Notes: generated by a model from the sequence alone, not told the origin. DNA of 64,000 nucleotides from an uncultured Candidatus Rokubacteria bacterium (GCA_963708025.1 CAVPSB010000002.1:355930-419929), one strand, 5' to 3'; shown: positions 18,739 to 28,802, numbered from the stretch's first letter. Made by a program: numbers and translations.

Positions 18739-19716
18739 ATGAACCTGACTGACAGCGTGCAGCTGCTCGAGCGGTACAGCGTGGTCATCCTGCCGGTCCT
18801 GGTCGTCACCGAGCAGGTCGGGATCCCGCTGCCGGCGGTCCCGGCCCTTCTCGCGGTCGGCGCCCTCGCGGCGAAGGGACGCGTGAGCCTCCTGCTCGTG
18901 ATCGGCGCGATCGCGGCGGTGGCCCTGCCCGTCGATCTCGTCTGGCACGAGCTGGGCCGACGGCGCGGGGCGCGCGTGCTCTCGAGTCTGTGCCGGCTGT
19001 CGCTCGAACCCGATCTGTGCGTGCGCCGGACCGGTAACCTCTTCCTCCGCCACGGCGTCCGGGCGCTGCTGGTGGCGAAGTTCCTTCCGGGTCTGACGAC
19101 CGTCATGCCGCCCCTGGCGGGGATTTTCGGGGTCCCGCGCCTCCGGTTCGCCATCTACGACCTGGTCGGGGTCGTTCTGTGGGCGGGTCTCTGGGCGGGG
19201 CTCGGCTACGTCTTCAGCGACACCATCGAGGCAGTGGCCCTGCGTGTCAGTGCCCTGGGACGAACGGCGGGCCTGTTGGTGGCGGGGGCACTCGTCGGCT
19301 ATGTCCTGCTCAAGTACCTGCGTCGAAGGCTCTTTCTCCGGCGTCTCCGGATCGCCCGGATCTCCCCGGAGGACCTCAAGCGGAAGCTCGACGCCGGGGA
19401 GGACGTCGAGATCCTCGACCTCCGCTCCGCGCTGGACGTGGCGGCCACCCCGTATGCCATTCCCGGCAGCCGCTGGATCACGGCCGAGGCGCTCGACGAG
19501 CACCTGTCGGACATCCCCCGGGACCGCGAGCTGGTTCTCTACTGCTCCTGACCCAACGAAGCCACGAGCGCCCGGGTGGCGCTTCAGCTCGAGCGCCGTG
19601 GGATCACCCGTGTCCGTCCCCTCGAAGGGGGGATGGCGGGGTGGATGGCATTGAGCTTCCCGGTCCACGATCTGCCCGCGCCCGCGATTCCCGCTCTCGA
19701 GAGCTCGCGGCAGTGA
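18739..19716 (+). CDS. DedA/VTT-rhodanese fusion, probable selenoprotein (UGA 19549-19551 = Sec)
   Basis: DedA motifs (EQVGIPLP, AKFLPGL) then rhodanese LVLYCS[TGA]PNEATSARVALQL..GITRVRPLEGGMAGW, continuing in frame to TGA 19714-19716; SECIS-like hairpin follows. Confidence 0.82.
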
Positions 19717-19765
19717 GCCCTGGGATGACTACCGAGCTGGGACTGACTTGGGAGGAGATGACGCG

Positions 19766-20467
19766 ATGATCCAGGTTCGATCCGCCGAGGCGCGCGGCCG
19801 CACCGACTGGGGCTGGCTCGACAGCCGGCACACCTTTTCGTTCGGCGAGTACCATGACCCCGCGCACATGGGTTTCAGAACCTTGCGCGTGATCAACGAT
19901 GATCGCGTGAAGGCCGGCGCGGGGTTCGGCACCCACGGCCACCGGGACATGGAGATCCTGTCCTACGTGCTCGATGGCGCGCTCGAGCACCAGGACAGCT
20001 CGGGGGGTGGCGGCGTGATCCGCCCCGGGGAGATCCAGCTGATGCGGGCGGGTACGGGCGTCACCCACAGCGAGGCCAACCACTCGAAGGTCAACCCCGT
20101 GCACTTCCTGCAGATCTGGATCGTGCCGGACGCGCGCGGTCTGAAGCCGGGCTATGGGCAGCAGGCCTTCGATCAGGCGGTGGCTAGCCGGGCGTTCGTG
20201 CTCCTCGCCTCGAGGGGGGGGCGAGACGGCAGCCTCGACGTCCACCAGGACGTGGACCTCTGGGTCACCCTCATCGGCGCGGGGGAGAGCCGGGAGCTCC
20301 GGCTGCGCCCATCGCGTCGTCACGCGTGGGTTCACGTCGCCCGTGGATCGGTCTCGGTGAACGGGACCGAGCTGGGAGAGGGCGACGGCGGGGCGGTCAG
20401 CGGCGAGGACCGCCTGGCCTTCCTCGGGCAACAGCCGGCCGAAGTTCTGGTATTCGACCTGGCTTGA
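19766..20467 (+). CDS. Pirin family protein (YhhW-like)
   Basis: WLDSRHTFSFGEY, LRVINDDRV, GFGTHGHRDMEI, MRAGTGVTHSE, FLQIWI. Confidence 0.93.
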   Translation: MIQVRSAEARGRTDWGWLDSRHTFSFGEYHDPAHMGFRTLRVINDDRVKAGAGFGTHGHRDMEILSYVLDGALEHQDSSGGGGVIRPGEIQLMRAGTGVTHSEANHSKVNPVHFLQIWIVPDARGLKPGYGQQAFDQAVASRAFVLLASRGGRDGSLDVHQDVDLWVTLIGAGESRELRLRPSRRHAWVHVARGSVSVNGTELGEGDGGAVSGEDRLAFLGQQPAEVLVFDLA

Positions 20468-20483
20468 GCCGTCGGCATCGGCC

Positions 20484-20742
20484 ATGCCGACCAGTGTGAG
20501 ACTCGATCCCAAGACGGAGCGCCGTGGTCCGCTCCCGGGCGCGCCGCACGGGGCGGACCAGATCGCAGGTCATCCGTGACGCCATTCACCGCCTCGCCGC
20601 CGCGGAATCGGAGACGGGGCAAGGGCAAATGGCCTTCGAGATGTGGAAGGACGCTATTGGGTGTGCCGAGGGAGGGCCGCCGGATCTTTCGGAGCGCACC
20701 GGCGACCACTTCCGTTCACTCCTCCTGACCAAGCGCCGATGA
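20484..20742 (+). pseudogene. CopG/ribbon-helix-helix antitoxin-like protein, frameshift near 20522
   Basis: MPTSVRLDPKTER joined to ARRTGRTRSQVIRDAI...IGCAEGGPPDLS; no toxin gene follows. Confidence 0.6.
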
Positions 20743-20955
20743 GCACCGTGGAGCGGGCTTTCGGTGGGCCGGAGATCGAGGTCGTGGCGAAGGCGACGCG
20801 GCGGCGGTTCACGGTGGAGTACAAGCGGAAGATCGTCCGGGAGGCCGACGGGTGTAAGGCCCGGGGACGGTGGGGGCGCTGCTGCGCCGCGAGGGACTGT
20901 ACTCGTCCCACTTGGCGACGTGGCGGGCAGTGCGCGAGTGCGGCGACCTGGTGGG
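20739..20955 (+). mobile_element. IS3-family transposase OrfA remnant
   Basis: EVVAKATRRRFTVEYKRKIVREADGC / GALLRREGLYSSHLATWR; frameshifted and truncated. Confidence 0.8.
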
Positions 20956-21204
20956 GTGTCCAGGTCAAGAACCCCGTCGGCCGGACCTTCCCAACCCTGC
21001 GGTGGCCCCGCGTCCGCGGGCTGGCCGAGCGGTTCGAGAGCCAGCTGCTGCTTGACATCGGCGCGCTACTCACGCGGCTGTACCGCCGGGTCGGCTGCTC
21101 CTGGCGCGGCGGGCCGGCTGCCCGAGGACGGCAGTGTTGAACGGCGACCGGGCAGGCTTCAGGGCGAGGCCGGACCGGCCGGAGGCTCCCACGGGGGTGG
21201 CGTT

Positions 21205-21309
21205 AATCGTTCTTGTGCGCTCTCCGACGACGCGCGTCATATCGCCGGCCAGGTCCTCGTCGTCGACGTCGGTACCAGGCTCACGGCGCCGGAGTGGGAC
21301 TCCCGCTGA
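21205..21309 (+). pseudogene. SDR oxidoreductase C-terminal fragment
   Basis: LSDDARHIAGQVLVVDVG motif with no upstream body. Confidence 0.5.
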
Positions 21310-21403
21310 AAGTGATGATCGACACCCGGCTCGACCGACGGTAAGATCTCCGGGTCGCGTCGATCGGCTCCGAGGCGACCGGACCACGAGCTGAGCGCGC
21401 GCC

Positions 21404-23440
21404 ATGAGGATGCAAAGCAACACGCGGCTCGAGTTCATCATCGAGGCGGTGCCCGCCCTCATCGGGTACGTCGATACGGAGGAACGCTACCGCTTCAACA
21501 ACCACGCCTACGAGCAGTGGTTCGGTCGTCCCGTCAGCGACGTCGTGGGCCGCCATGTCCGCGAGGTCCTCGGCGACGCGGTGTACGCGGTCATCGCCCC
21601 GCACGTTCGGTCGGCGCTCTCCGGCCGTCTCGTCACCTTCGAAAGCTCGTTGGCGTATCGCGACGGCAAGACCCGCTACGTGCGGGCGACCTACGTTCCG
21701 GACGTCGGAGAGGACGGCCGTGTCAGCGGCTTCGTGGCGCACGTCACCGACATCACCGATCTCAAGCGGGTCGAGGAAGAGCGTGAGCAGCTCCGCCGGA
21801 ACGCCGACGAGCTGGCCCGCGTCGCGCGGACGCTGACGGAGTCACTCGACATTACCGAGGTGGCGGAGCGGATCGCCGAGAGCATCCTGCCGCTCCTCCG
21901 CGCGCAGTCCTCGGTGGTGCGGTTGCTGCAGCCCGACGGTTCCCTCGTTTGCGTGGCCATCGCCGGCAAGTGGCTGGAGAACTTCAAGCCCGGCTACCTC
22001 TTGCCCCCCGGCGTCGGCCTCGTCGGGCGCGCCGTCGCCGAGCGCCGGGCGCTATGGACTCCGGACGTCCTTAACGAGCCGAGCGTCGTGCTCCCGGACG
22101 ACTTCCGGCGCGGCCTCGCGGGCGCAGGACACCACGCCGTCCTAGCCGTCCCGCTCCAGGTCAAGGGCGAGATCATCGGAGCGATCTCGACGGCGCACAG
22201 CGAGATTCGGACGTTCTCCAAGGCCGAGATCGATCTCCTCCAGGCCTTCGGCGACCAGGCGGCCCTCGCGATGCGCAACGTGCAGCTCTTCACGCGAGAG
22301 CAGGCTGCCCGCGCCGAAGCCGAGGCCGCCAACCGCGCGAAGGACGAGTTCCTGGCGCTCCTCGCGCACGAGCTGCGAAACCCGCTGGCGCCGATCGTGA
22401 CCGCAGCGGCCTTGATCCGCAGGCCCGGCGCCACGGCCGCAGCCGTCGAGAAGTCGGCCTCCATCGTCGAGCGTCAGGCCAAGAACCTCGGGCGGCTGCT
22501 GGATGATCTCCTCGACGTCTCGCGCATCACTCGAGGCAGGATCGAGCTGCGGCAGGAAACCGTGTCGCTCGCCGATGCCGTCTGCAAGGCCCTGGAGACC
22601 ATGCGGCCGCTCGTCGACGAGCGACGGCAGACCGTGTCGCTGATCCTGCCGCCGGCGCCCCTCTACGTCGAGGCCGACCCCATGCGGCTCGAGCAGATCG
22701 TCGTCAACGTCCTCAACAACGCCGCCAAATACACACCTCCCGAGGGCCGCATCAGTGTGACCGCATACGAGGACGGCGGCCATGCCGTGCTCCGGGTCCT
22801 CGACACGGGCATGGGGATCTCCGCAGAGATGTTGCCCCGCATCTTCGAGCCGTTCACGCAGGGCGACCAGTCCCTCGCGCACACCTCCGGCGGCCTGGGC
22901 GTCGGTCTGACGCTCGTGCGCCGGCTGGTCGAGCTCCACGGTGGCCGTGTGTGGGCCGAGAGTGAGGGACCGGGCCTTGGGAGCACGTTCACGATCCGCC
23001 TGCCGCTGAGCCTTACGCCCGTGCAGCCGGCCGCGGCCGCCGTCGCCAGCGCACCGGCTCGCTGGCCGGCCGCCGCTGTGCTGCTCATCGAGGACAACGC
23101 GGACGCACGGCAGACGCTGCGCACGCTCCTCGAGCACGAGGGCCATCGCGTCGAGGAGGCCGCCAACGGCGCGAGCGGTCTCGTGCGTGCCGAAGTCACC
23201 CGGCCCGACATCGTCCTCATCGACATCGGGCTGCCCGGGATCGACGGCTACGAGGTGGCCCGCCGCATCCGGTCAGAGCGCGGCACCGCGCCGATCCTCG
23301 TCGCGATCAGCGGGTACGGCCAGGCCGACGACCGGCGGCGCTCGCTCGAGGCCGGCTTCGACGCGCACCTGACGAAGCCGGTGTCTGCCGATCATCTCTC
23401 CGACGTCCTCGCCACCCTCTTCCAATCACGCGCCTCGTAA
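21404..23440 (+). CDS. Hybrid sensor histidine kinase (PAS-GAF-HisKA-HATPase-REC)
   Basis: PAS (VPALIGYVD..YRFNN.AYEQWFG), GAF, KDEFLALLAHELRNPLAP, NNAAKYT, DTGMGI, GGLGVGL, receiver LIEDN..DIGLPGIDG..HLTKP. Confidence 0.93.
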   Translation: MRMQSNTRLEFIIEAVPALIGYVDTEERYRFNNHAYEQWFGRPVSDVVGRHVREVLGDAVYAVIAPHVRSALSGRLVTFESSLAYRDGKTRYVRATYVPDVGEDGRVSGFVAHVTDITDLKRVEEEREQLRRNADELARVARTLTESLDITEVAERIAESILPLLRAQSSVVRLLQPDGSLVCVAIAGKWLENFKPGYLLPPGVGLVGRAVAERRALWTPDVLNEPSVVLPDDFRRGLAGAGHHAVLAVPLQVKGEIIGAISTAHSEIRTFSKAEIDLLQAFGDQAALAMRNVQLFTREQAARAEAEAANRAKDEFLALLAHELRNPLAPIVTAAALIRRPGATAAAVEKSASIVERQAKNLGRLLDDLLDVSRITRGRIELRQETVSLADAVCKALETMRPLVDERRQTVSLILPPAPLYVEADPMRLEQIVVNVLNNAAKYTPPEGRISVTAYEDGGHAVLRVLDTGMGISAEMLPRIFEPFTQGDQSLAHTSGGLGVGLTLVRRLVELHGGRVWAESEGPGLGSTFTIRLPLSLTPVQPAAAAVASAPARWPAAAVLLIEDNADARQTLRTLLEHEGHRVEEAANGASGLVRAEVTRPDIVLIDIGLPGIDGYEVARRIRSERGTAPILVAISGYGQADDRRRSLEAGFDAHLTKPVSADHLSDVLATLFQSRAS

Positions 23441-23626
23441 CACTCGTGCCGCGCCCGAGTCGAGCCAGCTTGGCCGGCGCGCCGGTTTCGCCAGGCGTTT
23501 ACCCTGAAGGGTGCACAATCCTCGGTTCAGGCCGCGGCCCTGGTAGTATTCTTGCGGCAGGCCGCCGGGCACGTCCCGCCGTTACACGTCGCCGGTCATC
23601 GCGTAGCCGCGTCGTCGAGGCGTACT

Positions 23627-24550
23627 ATGCCTGAGCCGCTAGGCCCTCCGCCGGCGTACGCCTCGCTCGGTGACCGCGCGCTGGGTCAGCTGGTGGATGG
23701 CCTGCCGCTTCTCGGGGTCTTCTTTCTGCTCGGCATGCTCCTGGCGGTCAGGTTCGGCGGCTTCACTGACCAGGGCTTCGCGCTGGAAGGTCTGCCGGCG
23801 CTCATCCTCCTCGGGGTGCTGACCGTCGTGGCCCTGGGCTACTTCATCGTGTCGGAGGCGCTGTTCGGCGTGACCCTCGGGAAGATCGTGGCCGAGACGG
23901 AGGTGAGGTCGCGCGACGGCCTGCGGATCGGGATGCGGGCCGCGGTGGTCCGCAACCTGATGCGGCTGGTCGACGGCATCGTCGGCTACCTGGTCGCCGC
24001 GTTCAGCGTCATCCTGACCAGCCGCCAGCTCCGGCTGGGTGATCTGGCCGCCGGCACGATCGTGACCCGGCGCCCTCGGGGCCGGGCGGCGCGCGCGGCG
24101 GCATTGCTGGTCGCGCTCGGGCTGGGGGCCGGCGGGATCGCCGGCGGCGTGGCCGTCAAGCGCGCGTCCGCGCCGGCGGGAGGTTCGGACACCGCGCGAT
24201 CCGCCCGGCCCGTGACCGCCGTGTTGGCGAAGAGCGTGACGGCGGATCACCGGCCCATCGACCCGACCACGGTCTTCGCGCCCGACGCCGCCGCGATCGC
24301 CGTCGCGTTCGACGTGACGCACGCTTCGCCAGGATCGCGGCTGAAGGCGGTCTGGACCGCGATCGACGTGGGCGAGGCGACCCCGCCGAACACGGAGGTG
24401 GACGAGGCGCTGCTCGTCCTGCCGGGTCCTGCGCCCGGAACCTTCCGGCTGCGCCGCGGCCCCGCGCCGTGGCCGGTCGGGGAATACCGGGTGGACCTCT
24501 ACCTGAACGACGAGCTGGTGCTCACCCTGCCGTACCGGGTATCCGGATGA
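23627..24550 (+). CDS. RDD-family membrane protein with C-terminal extracytoplasmic Ig-like domain
   Basis: RALGQLVD, YF..SE...GVTLGK, RNLMRLVD, RLGDLAAGTIV; extra TM helix then a beta-rich domain ending GEYRVDLYLN. Confidence 0.8.
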   Translation: MPEPLGPPPAYASLGDRALGQLVDGLPLLGVFFLLGMLLAVRFGGFTDQGFALEGLPALILLGVLTVVALGYFIVSEALFGVTLGKIVAETEVRSRDGLRIGMRAAVVRNLMRLVDGIVGYLVAAFSVILTSRQLRLGDLAAGTIVTRRPRGRAARAAALLVALGLGAGGIAGGVAVKRASAPAGGSDTARSARPVTAVLAKSVTADHRPIDPTTVFAPDAAAIAVAFDVTHASPGSRLKAVWTAIDVGEATPPNTEVDEALLVLPGPAPGTFRLRRGPAPWPVGEYRVDLYLNDELVLTLPYRVSG

Positions 24551-24569
24551 CGATCCTTCTCGGAGGTCA

Positions 24570-25586
24570 ATGATGAAACACGCGATGCACTTGTGGCTCA
24601 TCGGTCTGCTCGGCGCCGCCGGCGTCGCCGCGGCGCAGCCCGCCGTCGAGCTCCAGCTCTGTCTCGCCGGAGCTGCGGACTACTCGCCGGTCTATCCCAG
24701 CCAGAGCTTCCCGGCCGGCTCCACCGAGGCGGTGTCGGCCGTCGTCAGGCTCGGGAAGGGTCAGTCGTACCGGACGCTGGGCGCGACCTGGGTGGCGGTC
24801 GACGTCGGCAAGGCGGCTCCGCGCAACCCCGTCATCAGCAAGACGACGATTCCCATGCAGGGCAAGGACCGCGCCGCGATCCACCTCAAGTCGCGGGCCG
24901 GGGCGTTGCCGCCGGGCAAGTATCGGCTCGATGTCACCGCCGACAGCAAGCCCTGGCGCTCCGTCGAGTTCTCGATCGTGCCCGTGACGGCGCCGGTGGT
25001 GAGGCAGCCCGGCGACTTGCTGCCGCTCAAGCCGGGCATGGTCTGGCGGTACGCGTTCGAGCAGCAGTTCGCCCCGGGCGTGAAGCCGGAGCTTCCTCCC
25101 GGCACGAAGCTCGACGCCGACGGCCGCCTGAGAGCGACGCTCACGAAGACGGCGGTCGCCGAGGACAGCATGGGGCTGCACATCGAGGCCCGGCGCGGGA
25201 AGGACGTGGTCGAAGAGGAGTGGTGGAAGCTGACCGACGCCGGGCTGGTCGTCACCAAGACCAGGAGTGGCGGTGACGAGGAGACGTTCGACCCCCCCGG
25301 CCAGATCTGGCCGTGGCCGCTCGAGACGCCGCGGCGCTGGACCTACAAGCTGCCCGACGGGTCGGTCGGTCAAGCGTTCCGGATGTGGGGGCCGCTCCCG
25401 GTGAAGGGGCCAGCGGGGGAGACACCCGGGTACGTGGTGCTGATGGAGCAGGCGTCGAGTCCGATCGCGGTCTCCGTGGAGCGACACTACGTCCCCGGCA
25501 TCGGCATGGTGCGCGAGGTGGCGGTGCAGGCGAGCAACGGGGTGATGTTGACCCGCTGGGAAAGCATCCTGACGGCAAAGCCGTAG
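24570..25586 (+). CDS. Exported two-domain hypothetical protein
   Basis: GGAGG RBS, signal peptide ending AAA-Q; N-domain resembles the C-domain of the upstream RDD protein; C-domain LLPLKPG..WRY...VPGIGMVRE. Confidence 0.75.
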   Translation: MMKHAMHLWLIGLLGAAGVAAAQPAVELQLCLAGAADYSPVYPSQSFPAGSTEAVSAVVRLGKGQSYRTLGATWVAVDVGKAAPRNPVISKTTIPMQGKDRAAIHLKSRAGALPPGKYRLDVTADSKPWRSVEFSIVPVTAPVVRQPGDLLPLKPGMVWRYAFEQQFAPGVKPELPPGTKLDADGRLRATLTKTAVAEDSMGLHIEARRGKDVVEEEWWKLTDAGLVVTKTRSGGDEETFDPPGQIWPWPLETPRRWTYKLPDGSVGQAFRMWGPLPVKGPAGETPGYVVLMEQASSPIAVSVERHYVPGIGMVREVAVQASNGVMLTRWESILTAKP

Positions 25587-25606
25587 CTCCCCATGCTGAC
25601 GTAGAG

Positions 25607-25985
25607 GGTGTGCCTTCTACTTACTCCGTCCGTCTCGTCAACGTTGAACTGTCGGCCGGCCTGATCGATGATGGCCGGCATGATCACCCTCATCCTCAGA
25701 GGCCTCCTCCGCGTGCTCAGAACCCGCCGCGCCCTGGTACTCGAAAACCTGGCGTTGCGGCACCAGCTGGCCGTCCTCCAGCGCACCGCGCCGCGTCCAC
25801 GCCTGCGTCACCGCGACCGCCTCTTCTGGGTCTTCCTCTGCCGACTGTGGAGCGGCTGGGCCGACGCCCTCTCCATCGTCCAACCCGAGACCGTCATCCG
25901 GAACGGGCCAGGCCGCCCGGCCGTCGCCCCGGAGGTCCGAGCGCTCATCCTGCGTCGGCTGCTGCGAGACTACCTTGCCCACGCA
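25607..25985 (+). mobile_element. Internally deleted rve/integrase-core IS remnant
   Basis: ENLALRHQLAVLQR..PRPRL...DRLFWV.L.RLW.GW..AL.IVQPETVIR, GRPAVAPEVRALI, LRRLLRDY joined with the core missing. Confidence 0.75.
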
Positions 25986-26066
25986 CCGAACCGCTCGCTC
26001 GTGTACATGCCCGTGGCTCCCCGTACCCCCCATTACCCGACCCGGTCCCCTCCGCCGAGCCTGCAC

Positions 26067-27476
26067 CTACCTCAACCGCTCCACCAGCTGTCGAAAGACC
26101 GGCGAGGCATCGAGCAGCCTCGGGCCGAGCTCGATCAGCCGCGTCACCTGCTCGTCCGTGAGCGAGTAATTCGTCCCCATGTCGTTGAAGAAGCGCCGCT
26201 CCGCATCGTCCGCGATGGCGGCGAAGGTCACCTCCACCGGATAGAACTCGACCGGCGCCAGCTCACCGTCGGGCAGCCTCGCGCCCGGGCACGCGTCGCG
26301 CAAGAGCTGCGCACATTGCTCGAGTGCCTTCGCGTCGCGGTTCCACTCCTTGATGGTGCTCCGGAGCAGCTCCACCGTCTCGAACGAGTAGTTGCCCATG
26401 GGCGCCGTGCTCACCGTCAGCAGCACGTCCACGACACCGGGCGTGTCCTCTCGACGATCGAGGCGTGCCTCGCCCTCGGTCCTCGCGTTCACCGCGATCA
26501 CCACGATCCGCTTCACCCGTTTCTGGTTCACCCGCCGGAGCACGCTAAGCTCGCCGTCCAGAGACGACAGCGCGTGGAGAATGCCGCGCAGGCCGATGTT
26601 GTCGGCGATCCCGCCATCCATGAGGTGCAGGTAGGGCCGATTCCCGGCGACGTAGGCACGGAGCTCCAGGGCGGACCGGTATCGTCGCTGGTTGACCGCA
26701 AAGTCCTCGAGCGCTCCGCTCACCCACTCGGGCTCCTGGAAACCGCACGTCCCGGCGTAGCTTCGCAGCGTGATGGGGCTCAGGAGCACCGGAAATGCCG
26801 ACGAGGCGGCAACCGCCCGTCCGATGGTGAGCGACTGCAGATCGGAGCAGATCGGGTTCAGCTGCTCCTGCGTGAACTCGAAGCGCGCCCCGAGGTCCAT
26901 CTCGCTGGCGCTGACGACGAGGTAAGGCCGGCGACGCCGGCCCGCGAGATCCGCGTACGTCCGACCATCGAACAGCTGCCTGTCGTAGTACTCGGCGGCG
27001 AGGTCGATCCGGCTGAACCGGGGCGACAGGAGCCGCCACCAGTTGTACGGATTGAGCACCGCCGCCTTCAGGAGATCCGCCTCCACGTTGCGACGCAGGA
27101 AGCGCTCCTCGAAGCGCGGCAGCGCCCCGGCGCCGTTGAGCGCGTAGAATGCGGCCGTGAAGCTGCCCCCGGAGACGGAGGAGATCACGTCCACCTCGTC
27201 GATGAGGGTGCGACGGCCACCGTCGATCGGGGTCCTGGCCAGATGCTGGAGCACGCCGTACGCGAGTGCAGCGGCACGAGTGCCGCCTCCGGAGAACGAG
27301 AGGACGACGAAGGTCTCGTCCTCGTCCGTTTCCGCCGGGATCTCCGAGAAGCGATACCCGTACTGGCGGTCATAGCGCGCGAGCTGTTTGTTCACGGGGT
27401 AGTGAGCGCATCCCGCCAGCAGGCCGAGAGCCACCAGCGCCACTCCGGCTGGGCGCATGAACGGCCTAGGCTTCAT
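26067..27476 (-). CDS. Patatin-like phospholipase, predicted lipoprotein
   Basis: Lipobox LAGC, SGGGTRAAA oxyanion motif, SSVSGGS nucleophile elbow, DGG catalytic Asp. Confidence 0.88.
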   Translation of the reverse strand: MKPRPFMRPAGVALVALGLLAGCAHYPVNKQLARYDRQYGYRFSEIPAETDEDETFVVLSFSGGGTRAAALAYGVLQHLARTPIDGGRRTLIDEVDVISSVSGGSFTAAFYALNGAGALPRFEERFLRRNVEADLLKAAVLNPYNWWRLLSPRFSRIDLAAEYYDRQLFDGRTYADLAGRRRRPYLVVSASEMDLGARFEFTQEQLNPICSDLQSLTIGRAVAASSAFPVLLSPITLRSYAGTCGFQEPEWVSGALEDFAVNQRRYRSALELRAYVAGNRPYLHLMDGGIADNIGLRGILHALSSLDGELSVLRRVNQKRVKRIVVIAVNARTEGEARLDRREDTPGVVDVLLTVSTAPMGNYSFETVELLRSTIKEWNRDAKALEQCAQLLRDACPGARLPDGELAPVEFYPVEVTFAAIADDAERRFFNDMGTNYSLTDEQVTRLIELGPRLLDASPVFRQLVERLR

Positions 27477-27678
27477 CGAACTCGATCTCCATCGGCTCGA
27501 TGGACGTCGTACCCGTCACGGTGGGCCGCCGCCACTTCGGCCTGTAGTCGCGCGGGTCGCCCAGATTGATCGTGTGGGTTCCCTCCTCGACGCGAAGGCG
27601 CTCACCCGTCTCGCCGGTCTCCTCCCCGTCGATGAACACATTGCGCTTCCGTCGATACCGCACGACGATGAATTCCAT
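27466..27678 (-). CDS. Small PEGA-like beta protein
   Basis: VFIDG..TG.T...LRVEEGTHTINL; GGGAGG RBS; stop overlaps the patatin start. Confidence 0.65.
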   Translation of the reverse strand: MEFIVVRYRRKRNVFIDGEETGETGERLRVEEGTHTINLGDPRDYRPKWRRPTVTGTTSIEPMEIEFDEA

Positions 27679-27994
27679 GGCGGCCTCCCATGGGGCTCAC
27701 TGGAGAAGGCGGGATGCTTCAGCACTCCAGGGACACGAGGATGCCAACGCGACGGGCCCTCTTCGTGGGTCTCCCAGCTCCCGAACTCCACCGACGAGCG
27801 ACGCCGCCACTATGTGAACCGTGCTGGGCGAGCAGTCAAGCGTCTATTGTGGTCAGACCGGTCATTCGCATCGAGGACGGGCTGGGTTACTCGTGGGCTA
27901 GAATACATTTCGGCCTCGGTCGGTTCGAGCTCCGTCACGGAGACCATCGCGGGCTTCGAGGGGCGGCGCCGCCGAGCAACGAGAGGAGCCCACC

Positions 27995-28739
27995 ATGTCG
28001 CGTCCGAACGATGTGCTCTCGTCCCGCATCCTGGCCGGCGCCGCCCTCGCGGTGTGCGCCGCGCTGCTGGTCCCCGTCCTGGGGCCGGGCCTCTTCCGCG
28101 CCGCCCACGGGGAGGAAGGCATTCCGCTTCCCCGGCCCGCGACCGACCTGCCCAGGCCGTCCGACAAGACGCCCCAGGTGGCGGTGGTGGCCGGCGGCTG
28201 CTTCTGGGGCGTGCAGGGCGTGTACCAGCACGTGAAGGGGGTGCAGCGGGCGCTCTCCGGCTATGCCGGGGGCGACGCGGCGACCGCCCACTACGACATG
28301 ATCGGCAGCGGCCGCACGGGCCACGCGGAGTCGGTGGAGGTCGTCTTCGACCCGCACGCGGATCTCCTACGGCGAGATCCTGCGCATCTTCTTCTCGGTC
28401 GTCCACGACCCGACCCAGCTCGACCGCCAGGGTCCGGACGTGGGCCCGCAATACCGCTCGGCGATCTTCTACGCCGATCCGGAGCAGAAGAAGGTGGCGG
28501 AGGCCTACATCGCCCAGCTCACCGCGGCGAAGAAGTTCAAGAAGCCCATCGTCACCCGGGTGGATCCCCTGCCCCGGTTCTATCCGGCCGAGGACTACCA
28601 CCAGGACTATCTGGTGCTGAACCCGCGGCAGCCCTACATCGTCTACAACGACCTCCCCAAGATCGCGAACCTGAAGCGGATCATGCTCGAGGTCTGGCGC
28701 GACGACCCGGTGACGGTCGCCTCGACCCGGCCGCGCTAG
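27995..28739 (+). CDS. msrA: Peptide-methionine (S)-S-oxide reductase with signal peptide, frameshift near 28358
   Basis: AGGCFWG, SGYAGG, TGHAESV then (shifted) HDPTQLDRQGPDVGPQYRSAIF, FYPAEDYHQDY. Confidence 0.88.
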
Positions 28740-28802
28740 ACCCGGGGCCGGCTCGGCGGCGACGAGGGCCGCCGCCCACGCCCGACGATCCCGGGGCCTC
28801 GC

